Shown: positions 13,687 through 31,621 of the stretch, in pieces | Layout of the letters: every line of letters starts with the position of its first letter | Numbering within the stretch: position 1 is the first letter of the stretch | Assembly: GCF_009914755.1 (NCBI RefSeq) | Contig: NC_060929.1 | Source of the DNA: the human T2T-CHM13v2.0 reference genome, Homo sapiens | DNA: 64,000 bases | Direction: 5' to 3' (one strand) | Program-made: the position numbers and the translations under genes | The notes under the pieces: generated by a model | The model's input: the letters and a program-made list of their open reading frames with translations, nothing else | What the model was told of the DNA's origin: nothing | Database searches by the model: none

Positions 13687-15017
13687 TCACAAGTGAGTGC
13701 TTTTTCCTTGTTCAACTCCTGAGTCTTTTCATGAAGAGGTAAGTTATGAGAACATAACTCCTTGAAAATCACCCTCTCCTTCTAATTTCAATGTTTTTCT
13801 CTCCATTGAAATTGAAGTTGTAGTTCCTGATGCCTCCCCCACTCATTGTCCTTTTGCAAAAATTGGACAGCACTGACCAGTGAAGAGAAAAGATTTATTA
13901 ATTTTAACCTTCTAATTTGAGGGTTAATAGCTGCAGTCTTGCTGGACCTGCATTCCTCCATGAAGCCTGATTTTCAATTAACCAGAAAGTCTTTTCATTA
14001 GAACAGTGATATTCCCTGAATGGCCACAGGCTACCATGATAGTTGATTATGTTGGCACTGGAAGTGACACAGTCTTCTTCTGGGCTGCCTTTTCTTTCAA
14101 CTGAGTATGTAGTACTCCTACGTCATGAAGTTATTCTGGAGTCACGTAGGGGTTGACTTCGGGGTAAGATTGGGTCCAAGGTTTTGGTTCTCTTAGGTTC
14201 CACAGGAAGTTAGGCCAGCGCTTGGATGGGCTCCCTGGGAGGTCTGGCTATGATTCAGCTCTCTATAAAAGGACACAGAAAGTAGAAGGTTGGCTGGCCA
14301 CAACTCATGAATTTATCCAAAACTGGAGATGACAGACTGTGAATGGAGGTGAGAGGAGGTGAGTTCAAAAGGAAAAAGAAAAAAAAAGAAAGGAAGAACC
14401 AAGGAGAAAAACAATATTTATTAAAGCTGTAATAAATATGGCACAAATATTTATTAACATTTATGAATATTCAAGGATTAATATGTATAAAATGTTGAGA
14501 AAATGAGCTTACAAAGACTCAAGAAATCACTAAGTCTAAAATCTCTTTTAATTCCAAATCTTCTATTGTAAACCTTGAACCTCTTGCTTTCTTTTCTGCT
14601 GAAGGCCCCACCCAGAGTAGACCCTAGAAAGAGGTTTTGTGCTCCTCCAAACATCTTTTCCCTCATTCTTCAACCCAGCCCAGCATGCAGCCTTTATAGC
14701 TCATGGAGCCATATTTATTTGCTTAATTTGGATGATCTCCTGTAATTTGCCAAGAGTTTCATGAACATCTATGAACCCTGCAGGTCTTGCTATGTCTTGT
14801 TGACCCAGGATCTGGCACAGGCTCATCTTAGGGACCCAAAAAAGAAACCTGCTGATTATGGACCAGGTGAACAATGACAAGAAGGGCTATTACCTGCGGA
14901 AGTTTCAGAAGTCTAAGAAAGGTTTCCAGGCTTCAGCCATCCTATCAGTTCTGTGTAAGAAACTGAATTGACAACACATGTTTTTATCTTTCAAAAAATT
15001 TTATTTTGTTTTCTGTT

Positions 15018-15484
15018 TGTATTAGTCCATTTTTTACTCTGCTATAAAGAACTTCCCAAGACTGGGTAGTTTATAAAGGAAAGACATTTAATTGACTCAC
15101 CATTGCACATGGCTGGGAAGGCCCCAGGAAACGTACAATCATGGGGGAAGGTGAGAGAGAAGCAAAGGCATTTCTTATATGGCGGCAGGTGAGAGAGCGC
15201 ATACGAGCAAAGAGGGAAGAGCCCCTCATAAAGCCATCAGATCTTGTGAAAACTCACTCACTATCATGAGAACAGCTGGGGGAAACTGCTCCCATGATCC
15301 AATAACCTCCCACCAGGTCCTACCCTCAACACATGGGGATTACAAAAATTAGTAGCATTTCTATACACCAATAACATTCAAGTTGAGAGCCAAAACAAGA
15401 ACACAATCCCATTTACAACAGCCACAATTCAGGATTACAATTCAATATGAGATTCGGATAGGGATACAGAGTCAAACCATATCA
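15018..15484 (-). mobile_element. MaLR solo LTR (MSTA/THE1D-like) carrying an 87 bp L1-derived insert
   Basis: Termini tgtattagtcc...caaaccatatca; non-LTR sequence at 15341-15427. Confidence 0.9.
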
Positions 15485-15811
15485 GTGTTTTAAAGAAAGC
15501 ATAATACTACACAATTAAAAAGAATGAAAAATTTCAAAAATAATATTAACTTTTTAATAAAAGTGCATTCTAACTGTAGTTACATTGGGTTTAATTTTAA
15601 ATGTTGCTAAATAGAAAGGAAATTGTTTAAAGCCATAAATTATCTTTCCAGTAAGCCCCATGTGATTTATTTTTGGGGTGTGCATGTATCTTACTTGGTG
15701 CAGAATGTTGTAGATTACTTGCTCTGTTTCAAACGATAATTTCTGAAGACATTCGTATCATGAGCCTAAACAGATCATTTTGTGTAATAATATACGGTTT
15801 CCTGTAGAAAG

Positions 15812-16130
<319 letters not shown>

Positions 16131-16979
16131 GAGAACGTTTTTAAAATACTTATGCTGTTATTATAAGTATTTCTTTTTTATGATATACTTCTTTTACATA
16201 ATTGTTATGAAGAAGAACATTGCATTCAACAAAATAAAAATATGGCTGAATGTAGAAAAAGTGTTATGATAAAAAATACTTATAAATTTATGTAAGCCAA
16301 TATGTTTGTTCAGTTTAGAATTGTGAATTAATTTTTGTGGGGTATTTCCCAAAGAATACTATGTATAGTAGAATGATAATCCCACTTTATATCTTATTTC
16401 ATAATATAATATTTGTGATATTAATTTAAGAATTGCAGGGATTTTCACATTGATCTTTCTATATTCACTTTCTTCATAGGGTGAATAAATTATTATCCTT
16501 TAACCTCAATCTCAGTATCAGGTAAAGTACCATATTAATTTAATTTCCTGTTTCTTATTATTTTAATGTGGCAATAAGTTATTTTGATTGTTGGTTAATG
16601 AAAGCAAACAAATTTTGAAAGTTTGCATTTTGTTTCCTACATAAAGAAGCAACTCAAAGACTCAGTCAAAACTATTATATTTGTTATCTTCTACAGCCAT
16701 TTATACTCTAACAAAAATTTAAGATAATGTATAAGAAATTAATTTTTAATTTTATAAAAATACCTCAATGATCCCCTGATAAGCTTTCCTGAAATGTCTA
16801 TGTTCATGTAAAATATGCTTAAGGATGAACTGCAATGAATTATTTTAGTTATCTTCTACAGTAATTGTAGCTACAATTTATATGCACATTTCAAACTTTC
16901 ACTTATTTACAAAAATTTTTCTGTATTTCTAAATCTGAGACTATTACAAGTGAGCTAGTTTAATTCAATATAATGTACA

Positions 16980-17708
16980 CTATTTCCCTTCACTGAAAAT
17001 ATGATTCTATACCTGGAAAACCCTAAAGACTCTGCCAAAAGGCTCCTCCTGGAACTGGTAAACAACTTCAGTAAAGTTTCAGAATATAAAATCGGTGTAC
17101 AAAAATCAGTAGCATTTCTATACACCAATAATATTCAAGTTGAGAGCCAAAACAAGAACATAATCCCATTTACAACAGCCACAAAGAAAATAAAATACCT
17201 AGGACTATAGCTAACCAAGGAGGTGAAAGATCTCTACAAGGAGAACTACAAACCACTGCTCAAAGAAATCAGAGATGACACAAATGGAAAAACATTGATA
17301 CTCATGAATAGGAAGAACAATATTGTTAAAATGGCCATACTGCCCAAAGCAATCTACAGATTCAACACTATTCCTACCAAACCACCACCATCATTTTTTA
17401 CAGATTTAGATAAAAAAAATTATAAAATTCATATGGAACTGAAAAAGAGCCTGAACAGAGAAAGCAATTGAAAGCATCAATAACAAAGCTGGAGGCCTCA
17501 TGTTACTTTACTTCAAACTATAAGTAACCAAAACAGTATGATACTGGTACAAAAATAAACACATAGACCAATGGAACAGGATAGAAAACCCAGAAATGAG
17601 CCATCTGATCTTTGACAAAGTTGACAGAAATAAGCAATGAAGAAAGGGCTCCCTATTCAATGAATGGTGCTAGGATAACTCCCTAGCCATATGCAAGAGC
17701 ATGAAACC
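16980..17708 (+). mobile_element. L1 ORF2 internal fragment (old L1PA/L1PB class), no 3'UTR or poly(A)
   Basis: ORFs 17001-17210 and 17223-17471 translate to ORF2p ([29 protein letters not shown]) with stops and frameshifts. Confidence 0.92.
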
Positions 17709-18224
17709 GACTGACTGTTATATCTTGACCCATGCATTTCCTTACATCACTTTGCAAAATGTGAGTACCATGAGGAGAGGTATCTTTGCTGTTTTTTTCT
17801 ACAGGATACTGGCTTGTCCTAGGTTCCTAGAAGAGTGCTTGGAACATGCTTGGGCCTCAATAGCCATTTGTTGAATGAATGAGTGACAGTATGGGAGAAG
17901 CATCTAGGCTGTATGGCATCTGTGCACATGCTTCCTTCTCTCCATTTCCCATCCTGAATCCTAGCCACAATCCTTACAATTTTAAATTGACTTCTCTCAC
18001 CTTTGCACAACACAGCAAACTAATATCAAGCTCTTGTTTTCATTTATAATGACATATCACTTAGAATCCCCCAAAGAGAAAGATTATTCCCCAAATCAAA
18101 ATTTCATTCTTTTCATCAGTGAACCTACAAAATAATTTGCTCAATTATTCTTATATTATTTTATATTGTATCAATAAATGCTTGTGAAATTTTTTCTCTT
18201 GTTAGTACTTATAGAATTTTTAAA

Positions 18225-18302
18225 ATTTTGACTCTTGGCCTAAAAAACCTATAATATTTAATATCTGGTTCTTGACAGAAAAATTTGCCACCCCCAGTAT
18301 AG
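18225..18302. mobile_element. MER58-like hAT terminal fragment
   Basis: ggcctaaaaaacctataatatttaatatctggttcttgacagaaaaatttgccacccc resembles the MER58 end. Confidence 0.5.
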
Positions 18303-18373
18303 ACAAACATACAAATTTGTGAAATGCAGTTAAACAAATCTTAGAGGAGTGCTATCACTTTAAATGCTTATAT

Positions 18374-18483
18374 TAGAAAGGAAAGCTTTCAGAATAATAA
18401 ATCAAGTTTAACCTTAAAAAGCTAGAAAAAGGAAAGGTTTCAGAATAATAAATCAAGTTTTAACCTTAAAAAGCTAGAAAAAG
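18374..18483. repeat. ~50 bp tandem duplication within an old L1 ORF2 relic
   Basis: Two near-identical copies of tagaaa(aa)ggaaag(c/g)tttcagaataataaatcaagttt(t)aaccttaaaaagc. Confidence 0.92.
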
Positions 18484-18711
18484 AAGAGCAAACTAAGGCC
18501 AATAATAGTATAGAGATGAAAATAACAGAATTTAGGTTTGAACACAGTATTCAAAATGGGTGGTGAATTTAAAAAAGTATTTATACCTACACAATTTACA
18601 AAATTGTGGATAATGTAGCCACAGTGTAAACTCCAGTTGATAAGAAACAATTCCCAAGAATGCAGAAGTGTACTGTGAAAATAATTTATAATTAAAATTC
18701 TAGGTGATTTT

Positions 18712-19262
18712 AAATTTGACACATAATTTTACATATTTTTGGTGTCCATGTGATATTTCAATATATTATATGCATACAATGCACAGTGATCAAATCAGGG
18801 TAATTGAGATATTCATTACCTCATACATTTATCATTTCTTTGTGTTGGAAACATTCAAAATCCTCTCTTCTAGATATTTTGAAATATGTGATAAATTATT
18901 GTTAACCAGTCACCCTACTACTGTGCAATAGAATACCAGAGCTTATTTCTCCTATGTAACTGTAACTTTATACACATTGACCAATCTCTCCCTACCTACC
19001 CCCTGCCCCGGCCCCCAGCCTCTAGAAACTATTTTTCTACTCTCTACTTCTATGAGATTATATTTTTTAGTTTCCATAAATAGAGAGATCATGCAGTATT
19101 TGTCTTTCTGTGCCTGGCTTATTTCACTTAACATACTCTCCTCCAGGTTCATCCATGTTGCTGTAAATGACAGGATCTCATTCTTATTTTAGGGCTAAAT
19201 AATATTTTGCTGTGTATATATACCACATTTTCTTTATCCATTCATCCATTCATAGACATTTA
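18712..19262 (-). mobile_element. L1MA-class 3' end (ORF2 C-terminus and 3'UTR)
   Basis: Minus ORF MNLEESMLSEISQAQKDKYCMISL is the ORF2p C-terminus; L1MA-type 3'UTR gatcaaatcagggtaattg. Confidence 0.88.
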
Positions 19263-19719
19263 TTACTAGAAGAAATCATAGGCAAATGCTCTAAGTGATT
19301 GTTTAAAACATATGAGAAATAAGAAATTAACAAACATGAACATGTGATGGATTTGTCTTGTTCAAGTTAGAGAGGCTGCACACAAAGTTTAATTATTGAT
19401 GTTAATTAAAAAGTGTGTTTAAATGGTTTTTCCCTAAATGTGAGTCAAATGGAAGACTAGAAAAGGCTAAATGTTATTTTTTACAATGAATTTGAATGGG
19501 ATAGATTTGTTGCCAGTTTTGGACAAAATAAAAACGCAGCTAAAAGCCACTTACAAGGACATATACCAAAAATACAATGACACAATATATGCTGAGTATG
19601 TTAGAAGCAGTCGACTAATCTTTTTATATAGATCACCTCATTTAATCCTCAAAATGACATTATGAACTAAGCACAATTACTGACCCATGAGTTTGACTCC
19701 AGAGACTATACTTTCAATA

Positions 19720-20900
19720 ACTCTCCTTTGTAAAAAGTAAACGCATGGTAAAAAAAATCTATCAGGAATAGGTTAATACAAAGATAGCCTGGCAGTTGTA
19801 AAATCAAAACTCCAGCTGAAAAATATTAAATGGGACAAATGGAGGTGAAAATTACAGTCCACGAAGAACACAGATAATTCATTCTATCACTACCAATAGA
19901 GTTCCTAAATACTTCAAACAAAAAGTATGTGGCATGGCATACTAGGAGAAATTGATAATCCAATTTGAATGTATAACACTCAACTTTTAGAATTCAAAGA
20001 TATAATGTGAGAAAACCCACAAAGATATAACTACAAGAATGGGTTTGGTATAATGGATACAGGGAAAGATGAAGGTCCATAATGAATGATTAACCCCTTA
20101 TATTCAACAAAGTAGATACATGACCACATAGAAAAGTGTGCAAAGTAAAAATAAGCACATCAACAAAATGTTAATATATTTATAAAACAATGCCTTATCT
20201 CACAGTAATCAGGGATGCAAATTATAAAATCAATAATATATGTAGTATTTATATATTATATATGCATATATATATAGATATCAATCACCTTGGCAAAAAA
20301 TAAACTGATAATATGAAGACAAAGCAGTGAAGAAATGGGAACTTACATTTGTGAATAGCATTTCATGGACCATTTAAAGAACAATGCAGTAATGCCTATC
20401 AAATATCGAGTGTGCATATCATGTGAACAGCACTTTTACTTTTGTTATCCATCACGCCATGTGCCCTAAAGGCATATGTACAAAACGTCCTTTGCAACCT
20501 TCTTTGTATTAATGATAAATTGAAAACAACCTGCATATTGGTCAATAAGAGGATGGTTAAGAATTTAAGTATATCCACATTATGTTGTACCACACAGACA
20601 TTAAAGGGAATGAGATATAGCTGAATGCAGTCTTATGCATTACTATGACTGTAAAGTGATTTTATTGTTATAAAATAAGATATATGACATTTATTTTTTT
20701 GTATATATATATATAGACTATCTATTCGTATGAATATATGCCTGCTGTTAAGAGTGGTTGCTCTGGGGGAAGAGAAGGCAAAACACTAGCTGTGTGAGGT
20801 GGAGAGAGTGAAGGAGCAATTTCTGTTTTTACTTCAGTTCTGGATGGTTCTATTGTTTTACAAAGAGCAAGACTTCAAAAAATCCTTTGAAAGTAAAATA
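19720..20900 (+). mobile_element. Highly degenerate L1M/L1ME fragments
   Basis: A-rich remnants such as cacagtaatcagggatgcaaattataaaatc and aagagtggttgctctgggg. Confidence 0.5.
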
Positions 20901-21260
20901 AAGCATGGGTGTATTCCAAAGCCCAGAAAATATCGTTTGAGCAAGCAAATATTGTTTAATGTTAACCTTTGATTTTGTATTTTTTGAGAACTTATATCTT
21001 CGATATTTGTAAAGGCTTTAACAATATTAGGAATTTAAAAATCTATTCACCACTAAATTAACTTTTTAAGTTACATTTTTAATGCTTTTGGATACTGGAT
21101 TATTATTTACTTTGTACTTTTGAGGATTTATTTTCAATTTTACTAAGTAAAGTCCCTGTCCTATTTTTTTAGTCATGTGTTTGGCAACAAAATTATGAAG
21201 TAAGTTGTCATGGTAATAAGATAAATACTCCGAAGAGGATGAGCCAAGTTAGACTTGTTC

Positions 21261-22059
21261 CTGTATTGCTGTGGATATTCTGTATTGTTGTTTTGCTGTG
21301 CATATTCTGCATTGCTGTGGATATTCTGCGTTGTCGTGTTGCTGTGGGTATTCTGTATTGCTGTGGGTATTCTGTATTGCTGTGGATATTCTGTATTGCT
21401 GTGGATATTCTGTATTGTTGTTTTGCTGTGGATATTCTGTATTGCTGTGGGTATTCTGTATTGCTGTGGATATTCTGTATTGTTGTGGATATTCTGTATT
21501 GTTGTTTTGCTGTGCATATTCTGCATTGCTGTGGATATTCTGCATTGTCGTATTGCTGTGGGTATTCTGTATTGCTGTGGATATTCTGTATTGCTGTGGG
21601 TATTCTGTATTGCTGTGGATATTCTGTATTGCTGTGGATATTCTGTATTGCTGTGGATATTCTGTATTGTTGTGGATATTCTGTATTGCTGTGGGTATTC
21701 TGTATTGTTGTTTTGCTGTGGATATTCTGTATTGCTGTGGGTATTCTGTATTGCTGTGGATATTCTGTATTGTTGTGGATATTCTGTATTGTTGTTTTGC
21801 TGTGGATATTCTGTATTGCTGTGGGTATTCTGTATTGTTGTTTTGCTGTGGATATTCTGTATTGCTGTGGATATTCTGTATTGCTGTGGATATTCTGTAT
21901 TGTTGTTTTGCTGTGGATATTCTGTTTTGCTGTGGATATTCTGTATTGCTGTGGATATTCTGTATTGTTGTATTTCTGTGCTTATTCTATATTACTGTGG
22001 ATATTCTGTATTGTGGTATTGTTGTGGATATTCTGTGTTGCTGTATTGCTGTGGATATT
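21261..22059. repeat. VNTR/minisatellite, ~800 bp, interspersed 19 bp and 27 bp units
   Basis: Unit A is tattctgtattgctgtgg(a/g), 19 bp; unit B is tattctgtattgttgttttgctgtgga, 27 bp; the right end degenerates. Confidence 0.97.
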
Positions 22060-24376
22060 GAGTGCAGAGTTTACCTTAGCACATACAGCAACCCTTCCAC
22101 AAGTGACTCGCCCTGGTGCACATTCACCCAAGCAGGCTGTAGAGAATGGTTGGTCACATCCTCCCCTGGATTGAAAGACACCCTCCGAGTGGTGCTTACC
22201 ACACCTCATGGTGTAGATATTCGTCCCTTAGTTAAACTCTTCCAGACTTTCTTTCAGTTTGCCTGAGGTCACCAAGCTGGCACCTGGGCAGAGAGGTTTA
22301 ACATTATCAGCTTCAAACACCGGCCCTGCCAGCATCCTCGTCCAGGCACCTCTGTCTAGCATTGCAGGCACCACCTCACCCGAGGGTGTGATGAGCATCA
22401 TTCATCATTCTTCCTTTTGCTCATGTATTTGCTCATTCACCACACCTCTAGCGATACCCACCATGTACTTGACATGGCCCTGAGTTCGGGGAATTGGCAT
22501 GCAGTCCCAGGCCCCACTGGAAGCTCCGGTCCTCAGGAGTCAGACACAAGAGTGGGTTTACACCTGCATCTTGTGCATCTCAACACTCTGGGGACCTTAT
22601 AGTTTTGGATCAAGAGCCTTGGAAGGAGAAAGCATCTGCAGCCCCACATCCCACCCTGAGTGCAGAGACCAGAGACACATACAGACCCCAGGGTTCTGGG
22701 GATTCAGCCTGCATTGTCCCCACTGTCATGGAACCGAAAACCTAAGTCTCCAACTTTGCTTTTTGTCTCCAAATTGTGTGCTCTGCTGGGTCAATCGGTT
22801 CCTCCTTGTGCCCTGGGTCTGTCAGGCTTCCAGGCACCATGGGCTCTGCACCCTGCGGGCTCCTGCAGAAAACTTTCTCCTTCAGCTCCACAGGGGGGTA
22901 GTAGGGGACCTAATTTGCTTCACTGGGGGTGCCTGTCTTGTTTTTCTACCGTTATTCCAGCACTGACAGAGAGTCACTGTGTTTTCCATAATTAGTCCCA
23001 CAGAGGCATCTCTTCCCATTCTGTTCTCTCAATTTGTTTATTTCATGGCTGGGTCCGTGGCCCCACTTTGCTGGAGAGGGTTGCCCCGAGATAGAAAGTG
23101 GAGAAGTGGGAGGAAGGAATTCCAGGCCAAGGGAGCAGAGTGCACAGAGTGTGCAGGGGAGGGCATGGGGCTGGCAGGTGGGGCCAGAGGAGTTAGGCAG
23201 GCTCAGATGACCAGGGTACTGGTGTTCTTCTAAACAGCCGTCACACTGCAGGTGTATGCAAAGCAGCTCTCTAATTTCCAACACACACACAAAAAAACAG
23301 TGGATGGTCAGACACGACACTGAGATAATAGCTTCAGCTAAGATTGATTATTCTGTGCCACTTAAAGAGGGGATAATGACTTGGGGCAAGGAAGGCAGAG
23401 GGATTACAGGTAGCGAGGGCAGGGGAGTGGAGCACAGGGGGCCCCCTGGGGCAGCTGGGAGTTCAATCCATGGCAGGCAGCCTGGCTTCAGGCAGCACGG
23501 TGGGGCCTCCACACAGAGAGACCGGTGGAGGGGCTGGGACCCAGGGCAGCAGATTAAGTGGCACCTGAGCTTGTGGTTCCACCAAAAGCGCAGTGCCTGT
23601 TTCTAGTGGCCTCCTGGAGGGATGTAGTGCCCTAATCTTTCTGCTTTCTTCCGTGATTGAGCTGGCAGAGAGGTAGATGATTCAGAGGACTGTGACTTAC
23701 AAGGTGTGTTTGCAGGGACAGTTGCTCCTTTGATGGAAGATGTAAGGAGGTGGGCCTGTGTTGAAGCCCTCCTGAGTATGGCTACTGTTCCTATCGGCCT
23801 ATGACTAGAGAAGCCCAGGAACTAACACTTCTTTTGGATGTATGCTTGGCTTCAGCTTTATTTTTTAAGTTTTGCCTTTCATAAATTGTGACGTTTTGTT
23901 TTTTTTCTGCACTTGCTCAAATGTTTAAAGACAATGATTTGAAAAGTCATTTATCCAAATATTGTTTTTAATGAATCAAAATAAAAATGGCATCACTTTC
24001 TTCATTTTTCAGAAATTAAATCCTTTTTGTTAAGAATTTTTCTCTTCTTCAACCCCAAGCACGAACCTACCCTTATTTTCCGCTCATCTAGAAACAATGA
24101 TGATAATGACTAAAACTTCTCAGGAAAGCCTGGCTAGCTGGAATCCTTTATTGTCATGATTCAAAAACACTCTGGCTGTACTCTTTGAATATAAAATAAC
24201 TCGTCTCTACAATATTGAGAGAGAAGTAGCTTTCGCAGGCCTCCACTGGTGCTCACAGTTTTCCACTCTGAAATCTGGCTGTTTTCCTGGTCCATGTCAT
24301 GTCTCACCTTCAGCTCAGGGCACCCTCACCCCAAGTTTCAGCCCAGGCCTCTCCCCTGGGCTTTGCCTATTACATC

Positions 24377-25616
<1,240 letters not shown>

Positions 25617-26270
25617 CATCCAACACTCTTGGTCCTTCAAGATATGTGGTGGGTGCCAGAAACTCTCCCTTTCTAGAAACTCCACGAGTCTGTTTCTCTT
25701 GACTGAGTCACCATCTCTCCATCCAGATGCATAGTCTGCCAAGATCAGACACTGGCAACCTCCCGCCTAATCCCCTCCTCCTCTATCCCCACATCCAGTT
25801 AGTCCCAAACTATGATTAGGCTGCCTCCTAAGTCATTTTTCAGGTCCTTTGTCCTTCCCTGTCACCATGGACACTGCATTTGCTCTTCTTGGCACACTTG
25901 ATTACCTGGTCTCCATCCCACCCCATATTGCTGCTAGAGACCCATAGGATGGGCGCCATCTGTCTTCCCATCATGTGTCTCCCATGCATTAATCCCATCT
26001 GCGCCTGTTCCTTGGCTACGTCCAGACTTCTTTTCTTTTTTTTTTAAATTTATTTATTTATTATTATTATACTTTAAGTTTTAGGGTACATGTGCACAAT
26101 GTGCAGGTTAGTTACATATGTATACATGTGCCATGCTGGTGCGCTGCACCCACTAACTCGTCATCTAGCATTAGGTATATCTCCTAAAGCTATCCCTCCA
26201 CCCTCCCCCCACCCCACAACAGTCCCCAGAGTGTGATATTCCCCTTCCTGTGTCCATGTGTTCTCATTGT

Positions 26271-30107
<3,837 letters not shown>

Positions 30108-30155
30108 TTATTTTGTTCATTATTTGATGCAGTTTCTTCCTAGTCTCGATGGTCT

Positions 30156-31171
30156 TTACATTTTGGCATGATTTTGCAGCGGCTGGTACCGGTTGTTCCT
30201 TTCCATGTTTAGTGCTTCCTTCAGGAGCTCTTTTAGGGCAGGCCTGGTGGTGACAAAATCTCTCAGGATTTGCTTGTCTGTAAAGTATTTTATTTCTCCT
30301 TCACTTATGAAGCTTAGTTTGGCTGGATATGAAATTCTTGGTTGAAAATTCTTTTCTTTAAGAATGTTGAATATTGGCCCCCACTCTCTTCTGCCTTGTA
30401 GGGTTTCTGCCAAGAGATCCGCTGTTAGTCTGATGGGCTTCCCTTTGAGGGTAACCCGACCTTTCTCTCTGGCTGCCCTTAACATTTTTTCCTTCATTTC
30501 AACTTTGGTGAATCTGACAATTATGTGTCTTGGAGTTGCTCTTCTCGAGGAGTATCTTTGTGGTGTTCTCTGTATTTCCTGAATCTGAACGTTGGCCTGC
30601 CTTGCTAGATTGGGGAAATTCTTCTGGATAATATCCTGCGGAGTGTTTTCCAACTTGGTTCCATTCTTCCCATCACTTTCAGGTACACTAATCAGACGTA
30701 AATTTGGTCTTTTCATATAGTCCCATATTTCTTGGAGGCTTTGCTCGTTTCTTTTTATTCTTTTTCTCTAAACTTTCCTTCTCGCTTCATTTCATTCATT
30801 TCGTCTTCCATCGCTGATACCCTTTCTTCCAGTTGATCGCATCGGCTCCTGAGGCTTCTGCATTCTTCACGTAGTTCTCGAGCCTTGGTTTTCAGTTCCA
30901 TCAGCTCCTTTAAGCACTTCTCTGTATTGGTTATTCTAGTTATACATTCTTCTAAATTTTTTTCAAAGTTTTCAACTTCTTTGCCTTTGGTTTGAATGTC
31001 CTCCCGTAGCTCAGAGTAATTTGATCGTCTGAAGCCTTCTTCTCTCAGCTCGTCAAAGTCATTCTCCATCCAGCTTTGTTCCATTGCTGGTGAGGAGCTG
31101 CGTTCCTTTGGAGGAGGAGAGGCACTCTGATTTTTAGAGTTTCCAGTTTTTCTGTTCTGTTTTTTCCCCAT
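30156..31171 (-). pseudogene. ORF1: L1 ORF1 (RNA-binding chaperone), disrupted by a 1 bp deletion
   Basis: MGKKQNRKTGNSK...QNHAKM split in two; span 1016 bp versus 1017 expected; A-run shortened near 30761-30765. Confidence 0.96.
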
Positions 31172-31621
31172 CTTTGTGGTTTTATCTACTTGTGGTCTTT
31201 GATGATGGTGATGTACAGATGGGTTTTTGGTGTGGATGTCCTTTCTGTTTGTTAGTTTTCCTTCTAACAGAGAGGACCCTCAGCTGCAGGTCTGTTGGAG
31301 TACCCTGCAGTGTGAGGTGTCTGTGTGCCCCTGCTGGAGGGTGCCTCCCAGTTAGGCTGCTCGGGGTTCAGGGGTCAGGGACCCACTTGAGGAGGCAGTC
31401 TGCCCGTTCTCAGATCTCCAGCTGCGTACTGGGAGAACCACTGCTCTCTTCAAAGCTGTCAGACAGGGACATTTAAGTCTGCAGAGGTTACTGCTGTCTT
31501 TTTGTCTTGTAGGCTCCCCAGAGGTAGAGCCTACAGAGGCAGGCAGGCCTCCTTGAGCTGTTGTGGGCTCCACCCAGTTCCAGCTTCCCGGCTGCTTTGT
31601 TAACCTAAGCAAGCCTGGGCA

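Noticed and set aside
21261-22059. CRISPR-like array
   Set aside because: Head-to-tail units without unique spacers, no cas genes, and the DNA is human.
21173-22266. Long Cys-rich and Gln/Asn-rich ORFs (up to 331 aa) as a novel protein
   Set aside because: They arise from the VNTR, whose unit lacks plus-strand stops; all frames give the same motifs, and no promoter or splice context is evident.
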